64,000 bases of DNA from an uncultured delta proteobacterium. GTDB lineage: Bacteria; Desulfobacterota; Binatia; JACPRU01. A model generated the notes under the pieces. That model was not told where the DNA came from, searched no databases, and saw only the letters and a program-made list of their open reading frames with translations. The stretch is taken from contig CAVUWD010000011.1 of the NCBI GenBank assembly GCA_963745025.1, positions 192,001-256,000 of the forward strand, written 5' to 3'. The translations under genes and the position numbers were made by a program. Within the stretch, counting starts at the first letter, position 1. Each line of letters begins with the position of its first letter. This document shows positions 31,574 to 42,303 of this stretch, piece by piece.

Positions 31574-32548
31574 GTGCCCACCGAGTCATCCTCGGAGCGC
31601 TCGCCGGTCCGGCTCGCGCTCGCGTTTCTCGCCGTCTATCTCATCTGGGGATCGACGTACTTGGCGATCCGCTACGCGATCGAGACCTTGCCCGGCCTGT
31701 TGATGGCGGGCGCCCGCTACGTCGTCGCTGGCAGCTTCGTCTTCGCCTGGAGCCTGCGGCGCGACGGAGAGCGTCCGTCGGCGCGAAATTGGCGGGAAGC
31801 GTTTCTTCTGGGCGGCCTCTTCTTCCTCGGCGGAAACGGGGCAGTCGTTTGGGCGGAACGTCGCGTCCCTTCCGGCCTCGCCTCCCTGCTCATCGCCACG
31901 ATGCCGTTCTGGGTCGTCCTGCTCGACTGGGCCCGCCCGCAGGGATCCCGGCCGCCCGCGATCGTGGTCCTCGGCATGGCGCTCGGGTTCGCCGGCTTGC
32001 TGCTGCTCGTTCCACTCGGGGCGCGCGGCGGCGATGCGTTGATCAATCCACTGGGCGCGTTGGTTCTCGTCCTCGGCGCGCTGTCCTGGGCAACGGGCTC
32101 GCTCTACGCCCTCCATGCCGAGCTTCCGGAATCACTGCTGCTGTCGAGCGGGATGGAGATGATCGCCGGCGGCATCCTCCTGCTGCTCGCTGGAGCGCTC
32201 GCCGGGGAAGTCGGTGAGCTTCGTCCGTCCGTCGTGTCCGCTCGTTCCTTCCTCGCGTTCGCCTATCTCGTCGTCTTCGGCTCGATCGTGGCGTTCAGCG
32301 CCTTCACCTATCTGCTCGAGGTCTCCACGCCGTCCCGCGTCTCGACGTACGCGTACGTCAATCCCGTCATCGCGGTCGTCCTCGGATGGCTGCTCGCCGG
32401 CGAGGCGCTCACCACCCGGACTCTTCTCGGTGCCACGGTGATCGTCAGCGCCGTGGCGATGGTGACGGCAGGAAAAGCGCCTGCGCGCCTCGGCGAAGAG
32501 TCGGCCGCACCCGTCGCCGAGCTTGCCGAAGAGCCACCCCCGACGTAG
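31574..32548 (+). CDS. EamA/DMT transporter (YedA-like)
   Basis: VYLIWGSTYLAIR, YLVVFGSIVAFSAF, STYAYVNPVIAV; multiple TM segments. Confidence 0.92.
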   Translation: MPTESSSERSPVRLALAFLAVYLIWGSTYLAIRYAIETLPGLLMAGARYVVAGSFVFAWSLRRDGERPSARNWREAFLLGGLFFLGGNGAVVWAERRVPSGLASLLIATMPFWVVLLDWARPQGSRPPAIVVLGMALGFAGLLLLVPLGARGGDALINPLGALVLVLGALSWATGSLYALHAELPESLLLSSGMEMIAGGILLLLAGALAGEVGELRPSVVSARSFLAFAYLVVFGSIVAFSAFTYLLEVSTPSRVSTYAYVNPVIAVVLGWLLAGEALTTRTLLGATVIVSAVAMVTAGKAPARLGEESAAPVAELAEEPPPT

Positions 32549-32575
32549 CGCAGCATAGAGGGACCGGGTCCCTTC

Positions 32576-33205
32576 TTACCCGCCGACACTGTTCGGCCAC
32601 TGACCTCCAGCTGCCGGAGCGCCGAGGTGCGCCGTGTCGTTCCAGGTTACGAGCTGCACGACGCCGCCGTCGGCACGGAAGATCGTGAGCGACGCATTCT
32701 CGATCGCGAAGCCAGCGACCGCCGTGAGCGGGAGCCGGAGGAGCCTCGCGGCCACGCCACGGATCACGCCGCCGTGGGTGACAATGAGCACCGTTCCCGA
32801 ATCACCGAGGACTGCAGAGCGAAGGTAGCCCGCCGCGCGATCGGCTACGTCGGCGAACGATTCGCCATCGGGGAACCGCGCTTCGCCACTGGGATCGAAA
32901 ACGTCGGGCCAGCGCCCGGCGGCTTCGGCGTACGAAACACCCCTCGCGCGGCCGACGTCGACTTCGCGAAGCAACGGCTCGGTCTCGAAGGGCAACTCGA
33001 GTCGCCGCGAGAGTATCTCTGCCGACTCGCGAGCGCGCAGGAGGTCGGAGGCGACGATACGGGCCGGAGGACCTGCGCTCAGGCGCGCCGCCAGACGCCC
33101 GATCTGATCACGCCCGATCGCGGAGAGCGGCACGGGGTCGTGCCCCATGAAGATCCGATCGGTGTTGTACTGCGTGACTCCGTGACGAACGAGGAGAAGA
33201 AGCAC
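32576..33205 (-). CDS. Histidine phosphatase family protein
   Basis: LVRHG, SDLLRA, GESF, VTHGG. Confidence 0.9.
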   Translation of the reverse strand: MLLLLVRHGVTQYNTDRIFMGHDPVPLSAIGRDQIGRLAARLSAGPPARIVASDLLRARESAEILSRRLELPFETEPLLREVDVGRARGVSYAEAAGRWPDVFDPSGEARFPDGESFADVADRAAGYLRSAVLGDSGTVLIVTHGGVIRGVAARLLRLPLTAVAGFAIENASLTIFRADGGVVQLVTWNDTAHLGAPAAGGQWPNSVGG

Positions 33206-34357
33206 TTACGCCGTGGCAGACGCCGGTGCGGGCGAGACGTAGAGTTCTTCGATCGCCGCACGCCAGCGACCGCGGGCAACGCGGAACTCGCGCCGCGCGG
33301 CGCTGAGCTCGGCGTGAAGCCGCTCGATTTGCCGCCGACCCTCCAATCCGAGGTTCTGTCGCGCCCGCACGAGCTGGCGCTCGAGTTCGCCGAGCCGAGC
33401 CGCCGAGTTCTCGACCGCTGCCTTGATGTCGGTGACTCTCTCACCCACGTACGCGAGCGCATCGGCAGAATGGACCTTCCAGCGTTCGACGAGCCGCTCG
33501 GTATCGCACTCGAGCTCCGCGGCGACGATCTTCTCTCGGGGAACGCGGCAGAGCCCCCAGGCCCAGCCGAGCGCCGCCATGCTGCGGATCAGCCACTTGG
33601 TCGGATCCCATTGATAGCCACGTACGCCGTTGCGGTAATCGGTGGCGAAGCGGTGGTGGAAATTGTGGTAGCCCTCGCCGAACGTGAGTAAAGCCGTGAC
33701 CACGCTGTCACGGGCCGAGATCGCGATCGAGTACGGGCGCTTACCGAGCGTGTGCGCGAGCGAGTTCACGAAGAACGTCGAGTGGTGGACCAACACGGTG
33801 CGGACGATTCCGGCCCAGAGCAGCGCCTCCCACGGATGACCCAGCGAGTAGCCGATCGCGAGCGGCACGCCGAAGCCCATGGTCACGGCGATCGGAACGT
33901 AGAAGCGGTGCTGCCAGCGGATCAACGGATCGGCGACCAGATCCGGCACGTTGGAGAAGTTTGCGGGGTTCGGCGGCTTCACCATCAGCCAGCCGATGTG
34001 CGCCCAGAGAAAGCCCCGCTTGATGTTGTAGGGATCGAGGTCTTGGTCGATGTTCAGATGATGGCGACGGTGGTCGGAGGCCCAGTTCAGCACGGAGTGC
34101 TGGAAGGCAGCCGCGCCGAACAGCAGATAAAAGGCTTTGATGAACCGGCGGCATTCATAGGCGCCGTGAGCGAAATGGCGATGGTAGCCCGCCGTGATGC
34201 TGAAGCCGGTGGCGGCCATGGAGAGGAGCAACAGCGAAACCTCGAACGCGTGAACACCGAAGTGCGTGATGTGCAAACCACCCCAGATCACCGCGATGAG
34301 CGGGGTCAAGACCAAGAAAGAGGCGGTGACCCAGTTGATCTTCTTCAGCACGTGCAT
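33206..34357 (-). CDS. Acyl-CoA delta-9 fatty acid desaturase
   Basis: His boxes HRHFAH, HRRHH, GEGYHNFHH; DPTKW; C-terminal coiled coil. Confidence 0.92.
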   Translation of the reverse strand: MHVLKKINWVTASFLVLTPLIAVIWGGLHITHFGVHAFEVSLLLLSMAATGFSITAGYHRHFAHGAYECRRFIKAFYLLFGAAAFQHSVLNWASDHRRHHLNIDQDLDPYNIKRGFLWAHIGWLMVKPPNPANFSNVPDLVADPLIRWQHRFYVPIAVTMGFGVPLAIGYSLGHPWEALLWAGIVRTVLVHHSTFFVNSLAHTLGKRPYSIAISARDSVVTALLTFGEGYHNFHHRFATDYRNGVRGYQWDPTKWLIRSMAALGWAWGLCRVPREKIVAAELECDTERLVERWKVHSADALAYVGERVTDIKAAVENSAARLGELERQLVRARQNLGLEGRRQIERLHAELSAARREFRVARGRWRAAIEELYVSPAPASATA

Positions 34358-34471
34358 TTGTCCATGACCTCGATAGGATATCAAAATACAAATACCCTCT
34401 TAGCATTTCACCGGCACGTAGGCTACTCGATTCGCGGTGGATTCGGTGGAATCCAACGACAATCTAGTCAT

Positions 34472-35311
34472 TTAGCCAAGCGCGCTCGCGTTACCGACGA
34501 CCACCTTGGTGCCGTCGGCCTTCTCGCACCATACGTCGAGATGGATGCGCCTGCGCGCGCCCTCGATCGATTCTTGCCGGACCTTGGCACACGCCGTGAT
34601 CGCGTCCTCGCACCAGACCACGTTCACGAGGCTCACGGACATCTTGCCGCCACGGTACCAGCCCTCGCCGAACTCGCGGCTGAGAAGGCCGGACAGAAAG
34701 CAGAGCGTCATCATTCCCTGGACGACGATATCGGGGAAACCCAGTCCCTGCGCCATCTCACGGTTCGTGTGATAGTTCTCGCTCGGACCCGAGAACGCCT
34801 TGCACATCTCGAGCGTAATCCGCCGCGGCGCGGCGACGATCGTCCGACCGCTCCCCTCGCCGATATCGAACCGCCGGTCGGTTCGCTTCTCGCGATCCTT
34901 GTCGACGACGAGGCCATCGGCCGCTTCGGCGAGAAAGCTCTGGTGCGTTCGCCCGCGCACCAACACGGCGCCGCTTTCGGCGAAGAGAAGCGTCTCGCAT
35001 ACGACGTAGTCGCGGTCGCGCTTGCGATAGCGCTCGGCGACGAAGGAACGGGTGCGGACCCGATCGCCGACGCGCGCGGGCGCGAGAAGCTCCCATTCCT
35101 GCTTGGCGTGCAGGTTGCCGACGAGGTTCGGCAGATACCAGTCTTGCAGAAACGTGTAGCACTCCGAGTGGAAGAGCAGCGCCGGTGCCAGCTCGCGGTT
35201 GAGCGGGTTGCGATCTTCCGTACCGGCCTCGTACGCGGCGATCCGCTCCGGCGTGATGCAGTACTCGTGCCCACCGAGATCCTTACCGACGTAGACGGTA
35301 TCCAGGCTCAT
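34472..35311 (-). CDS. Double hot-dog MaoC-like dehydratase
   Basis: NLHAKQEWE, NYHTNREMA...GFPDIVVQGM. Confidence 0.8.
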   Translation of the reverse strand: MSLDTVYVGKDLGGHEYCITPERIAAYEAGTEDRNPLNRELAPALLFHSECYTFLQDWYLPNLVGNLHAKQEWELLAPARVGDRVRTRSFVAERYRKRDRDYVVCETLLFAESGAVLVRGRTHQSFLAEAADGLVVDKDREKRTDRRFDIGEGSGRTIVAAPRRITLEMCKAFSGPSENYHTNREMAQGLGFPDIVVQGMMTLCFLSGLLSREFGEGWYRGGKMSVSLVNVVWCEDAITACAKVRQESIEGARRRIHLDVWCEKADGTKVVVGNASALG

Positions 35312-35730
35312 GCCTTCCTCTTTCCCGGCTTCACCACCTCGGTGATATGAAGCTTCCCCGGCTCGATGCGGGCCGAGATCTCCTCGCCTTCTTCAGCCCC
35401 TTTCGGTTTGAACTTGAACGCGACGACTCCCTCATCGTCGTTGCGCGAGCCATCCGGCAGGCGGTTCTCGTAGAAGGCGGTCACGAGCGTCACGGAGTCA
35501 TTGACCTTGAAGAACCACGATTTGCTCTCGAACGTCGGCGCCCCGCCGAGTTCCTCGTAGTAGTTCCCGCCGCCGGTGTCTTCGAGCACCGCCCCCGGGT
35601 AGACCGGGATCTGCGAAGCGTACACGGCTCCGGACAGCACCGGCGACGAGGGCTCGCGAGTGCAGCCGGCGAACACGGCGACCGTGAGCACGGCCGAGAG
35701 CAGCACGCGGGACGGAGCGTCGCGCTTCAG
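35308..35730 (-). CDS. Hypothetical lipoprotein, probable CTG start
   Basis: (M)[22 protein letters not shown] lipobox; GGAGG 7 nt before CTG; NTGA overlaps at both ends. Confidence 0.7.
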   Translation of the reverse strand: MKRDAPSRVLLSAVLTVAVFAGCTREPSSPVLSGAVYASQIPVYPGAVLEDTGGGNYYEELGGAPTFESKSWFFKVNDSVTLVTAFYENRLPDGSRNDDEGVVAFKFKPKGAEEGEEISARIEPGKLHITEVVKPGKRKA

Positions 35731-36752
35731 AGCACCGCCTCCGCGACGACGCGCATGGCCTCGACCTGCTGGAGGGCGAGGATCATGGTCGTAATCCCGG
35801 ATTCCTTCCAGGCGCCGATGCGGTCGCGGATGCGCTCTTTCGAGCCGCAGAGCGAGATCTCGTCGGCGAGCTCGTCGGGCACGGCAGCGATCGCCTCGCT
35901 CTTCTTGCCGTCGAGATAGAGGTCCTGGATCTTCTTCGCCGCCGCCTCGTAGCCGTAGCGGCAAGCGAGCTCGTTGTAGAAGTTCTTGCCGCGCGCGCCC
36001 ATGCCGCCGATGTAGAGCGCGAGCATGGGTTTGATGAAGTTGAGGCACGCGGCTGCGTCGTCGCCGAGAACGACGGTGACCGAGGGGGCGACGTCGAAGG
36101 TCTTCACGCTCTTGCCGCCCCCTGCCTTGCGAAAGCCGGCTTCGAGCGCCGGCCGATAGACCCCGAGGCGCTGCGGAGAGCAGAAGATCGGCAGCCAGCC
36201 GTCAGCGATCTCCGCCGCCTGCTCGACGCTCTTCGGCCCGATCGAGGCGATGTAGATCGGGATCCGCCGGCCGTGGATGATGCTCTTCAACGGCTTGCCG
36301 AGGCCGCTCGCGCCCGGACCTCTGTAGGGAATCTGGTAGTGCTCTCCCTGATGCTCGAGCGGCTTCTCGCGCGCCCAGATCGCGCGCACGATCTCGACGT
36401 ACTCGCGCGTGCGCACGAGCGGCTTCCCGTAGGCAACGCCGTGCCAACCCTCTACGACTTGCGGACCGGAGGGTCCAAGGCCGAGGAGAAACCGTCCGCC
36501 CGAGAGCTGGTCGAGCGTCATCGCGGTCATCGCCGTCATCGCGGGCGTGCGCGCCGGCATCTGCATGATGCCGGTGCCGACCCGGAGCTGTTTGGTCTGC
36601 GCCGCGATCCACGCGGCCGGGGTAACGGCGTCCGAGCCATAGGCTTCCGCCGTCCATGCGGAATGAAAGCCGAGGCGGTCCGCCTCGTGGACCAGCTCCA
36701 TCGGCAGTGCGATCCGTGAGCCCGAGTAGCCGACGTTGAGTCCGAGACGCAT
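35727..36752 (-). CDS. LLM class F420-dependent oxidoreductase, Rv3520c-like
   Basis: [47 protein letters not shown]; GAGGAGG RBS. Confidence 0.92.
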   Translation of the reverse strand: MRLGLNVGYSGSRIALPMELVHEADRLGFHSAWTAEAYGSDAVTPAAWIAAQTKQLRVGTGIMQMPARTPAMTAMTAMTLDQLSGGRFLLGLGPSGPQVVEGWHGVAYGKPLVRTREYVEIVRAIWAREKPLEHQGEHYQIPYRGPGASGLGKPLKSIIHGRRIPIYIASIGPKSVEQAAEIADGWLPIFCSPQRLGVYRPALEAGFRKAGGGKSVKTFDVAPSVTVVLGDDAAACLNFIKPMLALYIGGMGARGKNFYNELACRYGYEAAAKKIQDLYLDGKKSEAIAAVPDELADEISLCGSKERIRDRIGAWKESGITTMILALQQVEAMRVVAEAVL

Positions 36753-36936
36753 GGATCCTCCTCGCGGAAGGGTCGAAGCGTTTTTCATATCGCGTGCGCC
36801 GGCGTGTGGGAAGGCCCGCACGCACGAGCGCAGACGACCCCCGCCGCCGCGGTCCGAGTCTGTCGGAGCATCGGTCGGGGCTCCTTGAGCAGGGGGTTGG
36901 GGTACGTTAGACATATGCGCAGGAGGTGATGCTTCG

Positions 36937-38130
36937 ATGAACGACCTGGAACGTTTCCGCGCCGAGACTCGCGAGTGGTTACTGGCCAACGCTCCAAAGT
37001 CGATGTTCACCCCCGCGCGATCGGAGGAAGACGTCTGCTGGGGCGGCAAGAAAGTTCACTACCCGCCCGACATGATTCAGTGGCTGAAGGTCATGGCCGA
37101 GCGCGGCTGGACGGCGCCGACCTGGCCGAGGGAGTACGGCGGCGGCGGGCTCTCGGCGGCCGAGGCGAAGGTTCTTCAGGACGAGATGCGCGCGCTGAAG
37201 CTTCGGCCTGCGCTCGCGGGCTTCGGGTTGACGATGATCGGTCCGCTCCTCCTGCACGAAGGCAACGAGGAGCAGAAGCGGGAGCATCTCCCCCGCATCG
37301 TCCGCGGCGAGGTGCGCTGGTGCCAGGGCTACTCGGAGCCGGGCGCGGGCTCGGACCTCGCAAGCCTGCAGGCACGCGCGGTGGCCGACGGCGACGATTT
37401 CGTCATCAACGGCCAGAAGATCTGGACCTCGTATGCGGACAGGGCCGACTGGATGTTCCTGCTCGTCCGCACCGACCCGAGCGCGCCGAAGCACGCCGGC
37501 ATCAGCTTCATCCTGATGGACATGGAATCGGCCGGCGTGAGCGTCAAGCCGATTCTGCTGATCAGCGGCTATTCGCCCTTCTGCGAGACGTTCTTGAACG
37601 ACGTGCGGGTGCCACGCCGAAACGTGGTGGGCAAGGTGAACGAGGGCTGGCCGATCGCCAAGAAGCTTCTCGGCTTCGAGCGCACCATGATCGCCGACGT
37701 CTACCTCGAGCGCGACGACGCCACCGGCACCGACCGCCTGATCGACCTCGCGCGTCGCTACGTCGGTCCCGCCGAGGGGGCCATCGGCGACCCGCTGCTG
37801 CGCGACCGCATCACTCACGTGAAGCTCGATCAGGCGTGCCTCGACCTGACGCTCCAGCGCTCCAAGGACTCGGCGAAAGCCGGGCATGCGCCGGGCGCAG
37901 AATCCTCGATTTTCAAGTACTACGGCACCGAGGTGAACAAGCGCCGCAACGAGCTCTTCCTGTCGATTCTCGGGCCGCAAGCGCTCGGCTGGGACGGCGA
38001 AGGCTTCGACGCCCGAGAGCTCAGGGCCACGCGCGAATGGCTGCGCTCGCGCGGCAACTCGATCGAAGGCGGCACCTCGGAGGTGCAGCTGAACATCATC
38101 GCCAAGCGCGTGCTTGGCCTGCCCGACTGA
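36937..38130 (+). CDS. Acyl-CoA dehydrogenase
   Basis: [39 protein letters not shown]. Confidence 0.93.
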   Translation: MNDLERFRAETREWLLANAPKSMFTPARSEEDVCWGGKKVHYPPDMIQWLKVMAERGWTAPTWPREYGGGGLSAAEAKVLQDEMRALKLRPALAGFGLTMIGPLLLHEGNEEQKREHLPRIVRGEVRWCQGYSEPGAGSDLASLQARAVADGDDFVINGQKIWTSYADRADWMFLLVRTDPSAPKHAGISFILMDMESAGVSVKPILLISGYSPFCETFLNDVRVPRRNVVGKVNEGWPIAKKLLGFERTMIADVYLERDDATGTDRLIDLARRYVGPAEGAIGDPLLRDRITHVKLDQACLDLTLQRSKDSAKAGHAPGAESSIFKYYGTEVNKRRNELFLSILGPQALGWDGEGFDARELRATREWLRSRGNSIEGGTSEVQLNIIAKRVLGLPD

Positions 38131-38137
38131 GCCGCCG

Positions 38138-39277
38138 ATGAAACTGCTTCTCAGCGAAGAGCACCAGATCCTGAAAGAGACCGCGGCCGAGTTCGTCCGC
38201 TCGAAAACGTCGCTCAAGCGCATCCGTGCGCTTCGCGACAGTGACGACCCCAGCGGCTTCTCGCGCGACCTCTGGCACGAGATGGCGAGCCTCGGCTGGG
38301 TCGGGATCGTGATCCCGGAAACGTACGGCGGAAGCGGGCTCGGCTACTCCCATCTGATGGTCGTGATGGAGGAGATCGGGCGCGGCCTCATGCCGGAGCC
38401 GATGATCCCGGCGGCGCTCGGATCGGCGGCGCTGCTCTTGGGCGGCAACGAGGGTCAGAAACGCGCGCTGCTCCCAGCGATCGTCAAGGGGGAGGCGCTC
38501 GTCGCGCTCGGCTACCAAGAGGCGGGCAGCCGATTCGATCCCGGCCACGTCACGGCGCGCGCCGAGAAGAGCGGCCGCGCGTGGCGCCTGCGGGGCGAGA
38601 AGCGGCTCGTGCTCGGCGGTCAAGTCGCCGATTCGCTGATCGTGTCGGCGCGCACCGCGGGAGCGGCCGGCGATCGCTCGGGGGTCACGCTCTTCCTGGT
38701 CGATCCGAAGGCGAGCGGCGTTACGGTCACCCGTCAGTCGCTCGTCGACGGCCGCCCGGCGGCAATCGTCCGCCTCGACGGCGTCGAGGTCGACGCGGCC
38801 GCGGTCGTCGGCGAGGTCGATCGCGGCGTAGCGGTCCTCGAGGCGGCAATCGATCGGGCCACCGCTGCGCTCGCGGCAGAAATGCTCGGCTCGATGCTCG
38901 CCGCCTTCGACATGACCCTCGGCTACCTGAAAACGCGCAAGCAGTTCGGCGTGCCGATCGGCACGTTTCAGGCGCTCAAGCACCGCGCGGCGATCGTCTA
39001 CACCGAGACCGAGCTCTCGCGCTCGGCCGTGATGGCCGCCTGCTTCGGGCTCGATGAAGACAGCCCGCAGGCTCCCGAGCTCGTTTCGCTCGCCAAGGCG
39101 AGACTCTCCGACGCGTTCGTGCTCACGGCCAATGAAGCGATCCAGATGCATGGCGGCATCGGCATGACGGACGAGCACGACATCGGCTTCTTCTTGAAGC
39201 GCGCCCGCGCGGCCGAGATGACGTTCGGCGACGCCGCCTGGCACCGGCGCCGGTACGCGGAGATGCGCGGCTACTGA
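38138..39277 (+). CDS. Acyl-CoA dehydrogenase (probable heteromeric partner)
   Basis: RKQFGVPIGTFQALKH, IQMHGGIGMTDE. Confidence 0.92.
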   Translation: MKLLLSEEHQILKETAAEFVRSKTSLKRIRALRDSDDPSGFSRDLWHEMASLGWVGIVIPETYGGSGLGYSHLMVVMEEIGRGLMPEPMIPAALGSAALLLGGNEGQKRALLPAIVKGEALVALGYQEAGSRFDPGHVTARAEKSGRAWRLRGEKRLVLGGQVADSLIVSARTAGAAGDRSGVTLFLVDPKASGVTVTRQSLVDGRPAAIVRLDGVEVDAAAVVGEVDRGVAVLEAAIDRATAALAAEMLGSMLAAFDMTLGYLKTRKQFGVPIGTFQALKHRAAIVYTETELSRSAVMAACFGLDEDSPQAPELVSLAKARLSDAFVLTANEAIQMHGGIGMTDEHDIGFFLKRARAAEMTFGDAAWHRRRYAEMRGY

Positions 39278-39603
39278 AAACGGTCGCGGGGCGCCCAGCG
39301 GGCCTGCCGCAAATCGACGGCTCCTCGCCGAGTGAACCGCACGCCCTCACGCACGAGTTGCTCGCGCTGGAGATCCATCCACTCGCGATCACGCCGGCTG
39401 ATGCGCCCCGTGGAATTGACGACGCGATGCCAGGGAACAACGCGCGCGAGCGGACCTTCGAGCCGCCGGAGCGCCGTGCCGACGGCGCGCACGGCGCGAG
39501 GCCGGCCGAGCATTTCCGCGATCTGGCCGTAGGAGGCGACTTTGCCGCGCGGGATCCGCCGCACGAGGCGATGAACCTCTCTGAAAAATGGTCGGCTTGC
39601 CAT
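39271..39603 (-). CDS. Alkyltransferase-like protein (ATL/YbaZ, MGMT family)
   Basis: IPRGKVASYGQIA, RAVG, PWHRV (Trp in place of the catalytic Cys). Confidence 0.88.
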   Translation of the reverse strand: MASRPFFREVHRLVRRIPRGKVASYGQIAEMLGRPRAVRAVGTALRRLEGPLARVVPWHRVVNSTGRISRRDREWMDLQREQLVREGVRFTRRGAVDLRQARWAPRDRFQ

Positions 39604-39675
39604 TGCGGATCAGCGGCGCTCAAGGCACCGATCGGCGATCGCCAAGACTCCGACCAAGACCTCGGGCATCTCCAA

Positions 39676-40842
39676 TCACACCTCGAGCTTCCTGAGGATC
39701 AGGCACTTCAGATAGTGCGTTTCTGGAACCCCGATCAATACGGGGTGATCGCGCGACTGCATGCGCTTTTCCATGAGCGAAACCACCGCGCGGGCGTCGA
39801 GGGCCGCCGACTGCACGACCTCGAGGAGTAGCTCCTCGCTCACGGGGTAGGAGCAGCTGCACGTCACGAGCGTGCCGCCGGGATTCAGCATCTTCAGCGC
39901 TCGCAGGTTGATCTCCTTGTAGCCGCCGAGCGCTCTCGGCAGCGCTGCTCGGTTTCTCGCAAAGCCCGGGGGATCGAGAACGATCGTGTCGAAGTGCTCC
40001 CCGGCTCGTTCTGCCTCGCGTAGAAAATCGAACGCGTTGACAACCGTCGCCCGGACGTTGCGCAGGCCGTTCCGCTCGGCGTTGCGAGCGATGCGAGCGA
40101 CCGCCTCCTCGGAGATGTCGAGGGCGATTGCTTCCGTACACCGCGCCGCGAGCTCGAGCGCAAAGCCGCCATCGTAGCTGAAGCAATCGAGCAGCCGCCC
40201 GCGCGCGTAGCCGGCGGCCGCGGAGCGGTTCTCGCGCTGATCGAGAAAGCGACCGGTCTTTTGCCCTCGGCGAAGGTCGACCTCGTACTCGCGCTCGCGA
40301 TCGCGCACCACGACGGTTTGCGGCACTTCTCCGCGCAGCACCTTGATCTCCTGATCGAGGCCCTCGAGCGCACGCGCGCGGACGTCGTGGCGAGCCAGAA
40401 CGCCCGTCGGGGAGAGGCGCTCCTCGAGGATCGCGACGACGTCTGCGACGAGCCGCTCCATCCCCTGTGACAGCGCCTGCACGACGAGGACGTCTGCATA
40501 GCGATCGACGATCAGCGAAGGGAGCCGATCGCCCTCCGCGTGCACGAGGCGATACGCGTTCGCATCGATCGCCAGCCGCTCTCGAAACGCGACAGCCGCG
40601 TGTAATCGCTCCGCGAGGAGCGCGCGATCGAAGGCTCGCTCGCCGCGGGTCAACAGACGGAGCGCGATCTCGGAGCGGTCGCTGTACAGCGCGTCGCCGA
40701 GCTTGCGACCGCGAGGACCGAACACCTCCACCACCTCGCCACCGGTGGCCTGCACGTCGGAGACGTCGCTCCGGTAGATCCAGGGGTGCCCGCGCGCGGC
40801 GCGCTCGGCGCCGCGCGCATGAACCACTACGCGCGGGGCCAT
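39676..40842 (-). CDS. rlmI: RlmI-like PUA-domain SAM-dependent rRNA methyltransferase
   Basis: GHPWIY, EGDRLPSLIVDRY, GQKTGRFLDQRENR, LDPPGF, TCSCS, ETHYLK. Confidence 0.85.
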   Translation of the reverse strand: MAPRVVVHARGAERAARGHPWIYRSDVSDVQATGGEVVEVFGPRGRKLGDALYSDRSEIALRLLTRGERAFDRALLAERLHAAVAFRERLAIDANAYRLVHAEGDRLPSLIVDRYADVLVVQALSQGMERLVADVVAILEERLSPTGVLARHDVRARALEGLDQEIKVLRGEVPQTVVVRDREREYEVDLRRGQKTGRFLDQRENRSAAAGYARGRLLDCFSYDGGFALELAARCTEAIALDISEEAVARIARNAERNGLRNVRATVVNAFDFLREAERAGEHFDTIVLDPPGFARNRAALPRALGGYKEINLRALKMLNPGGTLVTCSCSYPVSEELLLEVVQSAALDARAVVSLMEKRMQSRDHPVLIGVPETHYLKCLILRKLEV

Positions 40843-40948
40843 GACGAAGCGTCCTTTTCGTGGAGACGGCCCCGAGCCGCTGAACCCTTCGCTGCGCTCC
40901 CGTCCCTGTGACCGTCATCGACGATCGGCGCAATCGACATGCGCCTCG

Positions 40949-41377
40949 TCACCGGCGACCTCGGTCGCCTTCCAGCGCCAGCGCCCGATCGATGAACGCC
41001 TGCTGGTCCGGGTGGAGCTTGGCCCGCGCCTGATCGGCCGGAAGAAACTCGGCGCGGTCGATCTCCCAATCGGCCGGGGTGAGCGTCGAAGACGGAGGCG
41101 GTGCGAGCGGCTCGGCGAGATAGCCGACGACCGTCTTGCGGCTCTTCGTGTAATCGATCTCGCCGAGCGGCGCGACGATCCGGCACTCGAGTCCGGTCTC
41201 CTCGCGCGTCTCGCGAAGCGCCGCTTGCTCGGGAAGCTCCCCGGGTTCGACGAGCCCCTTCGGGATCGAGTAGGGCTTGCCGCGATTGTATCGGCCGCTT
41301 GGATGGACGAGGAGGTAGCGTAGTTCTCCGTCGAACTCGGCGCGCACCAGACAACCAGCCGAGATCTTGCGGGGCAT
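40949..41377 (-). CDS. NUDIX hydrolase
   Basis: PKGLVEPGELPEQAALRETREETG Nudix box. Confidence 0.9.
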   Translation of the reverse strand: MPRKISAGCLVRAEFDGELRYLLVHPSGRYNRGKPYSIPKGLVEPGELPEQAALRETREETGLECRIVAPLGEIDYTKSRKTVVGYLAEPLAPPPSSTLTPADWEIDRAEFLPADQARAKLHPDQQAFIDRALALEGDRGRR

Positions 41378-41425
41378 TCTAGGTAGGATGCTACTGAGCG
41401 ACCAACGGGAGCGAAAGAGAAACCT

Positions 41426-42244
41426 CTACGCCGTGCCGTACCGCTCCGCCGCCCGATCGAGCCGCGCCGCGCGATGCTTCAGGATGTCGCGACTCTCCTG
41501 GTGTGTGAGGATGTAGAGCGACTTCGCGCGGATCGCGGCGACGACTCGCTCGGCGACCTCTGCGGGCTCGATCACGCGCGATACGGTCATCGCGACGTCG
41601 CTGACCGATGCCTTGCTCGCTGCCGGGTCCTGTAGCTCCTTCGGCCGGTTGCGTTCGCTCGAGTTGATCTGCGTGTTGACGATCATCGGGCAGAGCACCG
41701 AGGCGCCGATACTGGTGCCCGCGAGCTCGCGATGGAGCGATTCGGTGAGCCCGACGACGGCGAACTTGCTCGCACAGTAGACGCCCAGGCCGGGCATGCC
41801 GACGAGGCCGGCCATCGAGGCCGTGTTGACGATGTGCCCTCCCTGCTTCTGCTCGATCAGCCGCGGAAGGAAGACCTCGATGCCGTGCACGACGCCCCAG
41901 AAGTTCACGTTCATCACCCACTGCCAATCCCTGTGCGTGGCCTCCGCGAGCGGCCCGAAGACGCCGACCCCGGCGTTGTTGCAGACGACGTGTACGGCGC
42001 CGAAGCGCTCGACGGTGCGCTGGCGGAGATTCTCGACGGCCGCGAGGCTCGTCACGTCGGTCTCGACCCCGAGACACTCTTCACCGCCATCCCGGATCTC
42101 GCTCCCGACGCGGTCCATGCCGCCGCGATCGAGATCGGCGAGCACGACCTTCGCGCCCTCCCGGGCAAACGCGAGCGCCATCGCTCGACCGATGCCGCTA
42201 CCACCGCCTGTCACCACTGCTACGCGTCCCTTGAAGTCGTCCAT
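41426..42244 (-). CDS. Short-chain dehydrogenase/reductase
   Basis: TGGGSGIG, NNAGV, YCASK. Confidence 0.92.
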   Translation of the reverse strand: MDDFKGRVAVVTGGGSGIGRAMALAFAREGAKVVLADLDRGGMDRVGSEIRDGGEECLGVETDVTSLAAVENLRQRTVERFGAVHVVCNNAGVGVFGPLAEATHRDWQWVMNVNFWGVVHGIEVFLPRLIEQKQGGHIVNTASMAGLVGMPGLGVYCASKFAVVGLTESLHRELAGTSIGASVLCPMIVNTQINSSERNRPKELQDPAASKASVSDVAMTVSRVIEPAEVAERVVAAIRAKSLYILTHQESRDILKHRAARLDRAAERYGTA

Positions 42245-42303
42245 AGGGCACCTCCGTCTTTCCGACACTTGCAAACGCGGCGCAGGTAGACAACAGGGAT
42301 CCT

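Noticed and set aside
36753-36936. Possible riboswitch in the divergent LLM/acyl-CoA dehydrogenase gap
   Set aside because: Only generic GC-rich hairpins; no aptamer consensus I recognise (an Rfam scan would settle it)
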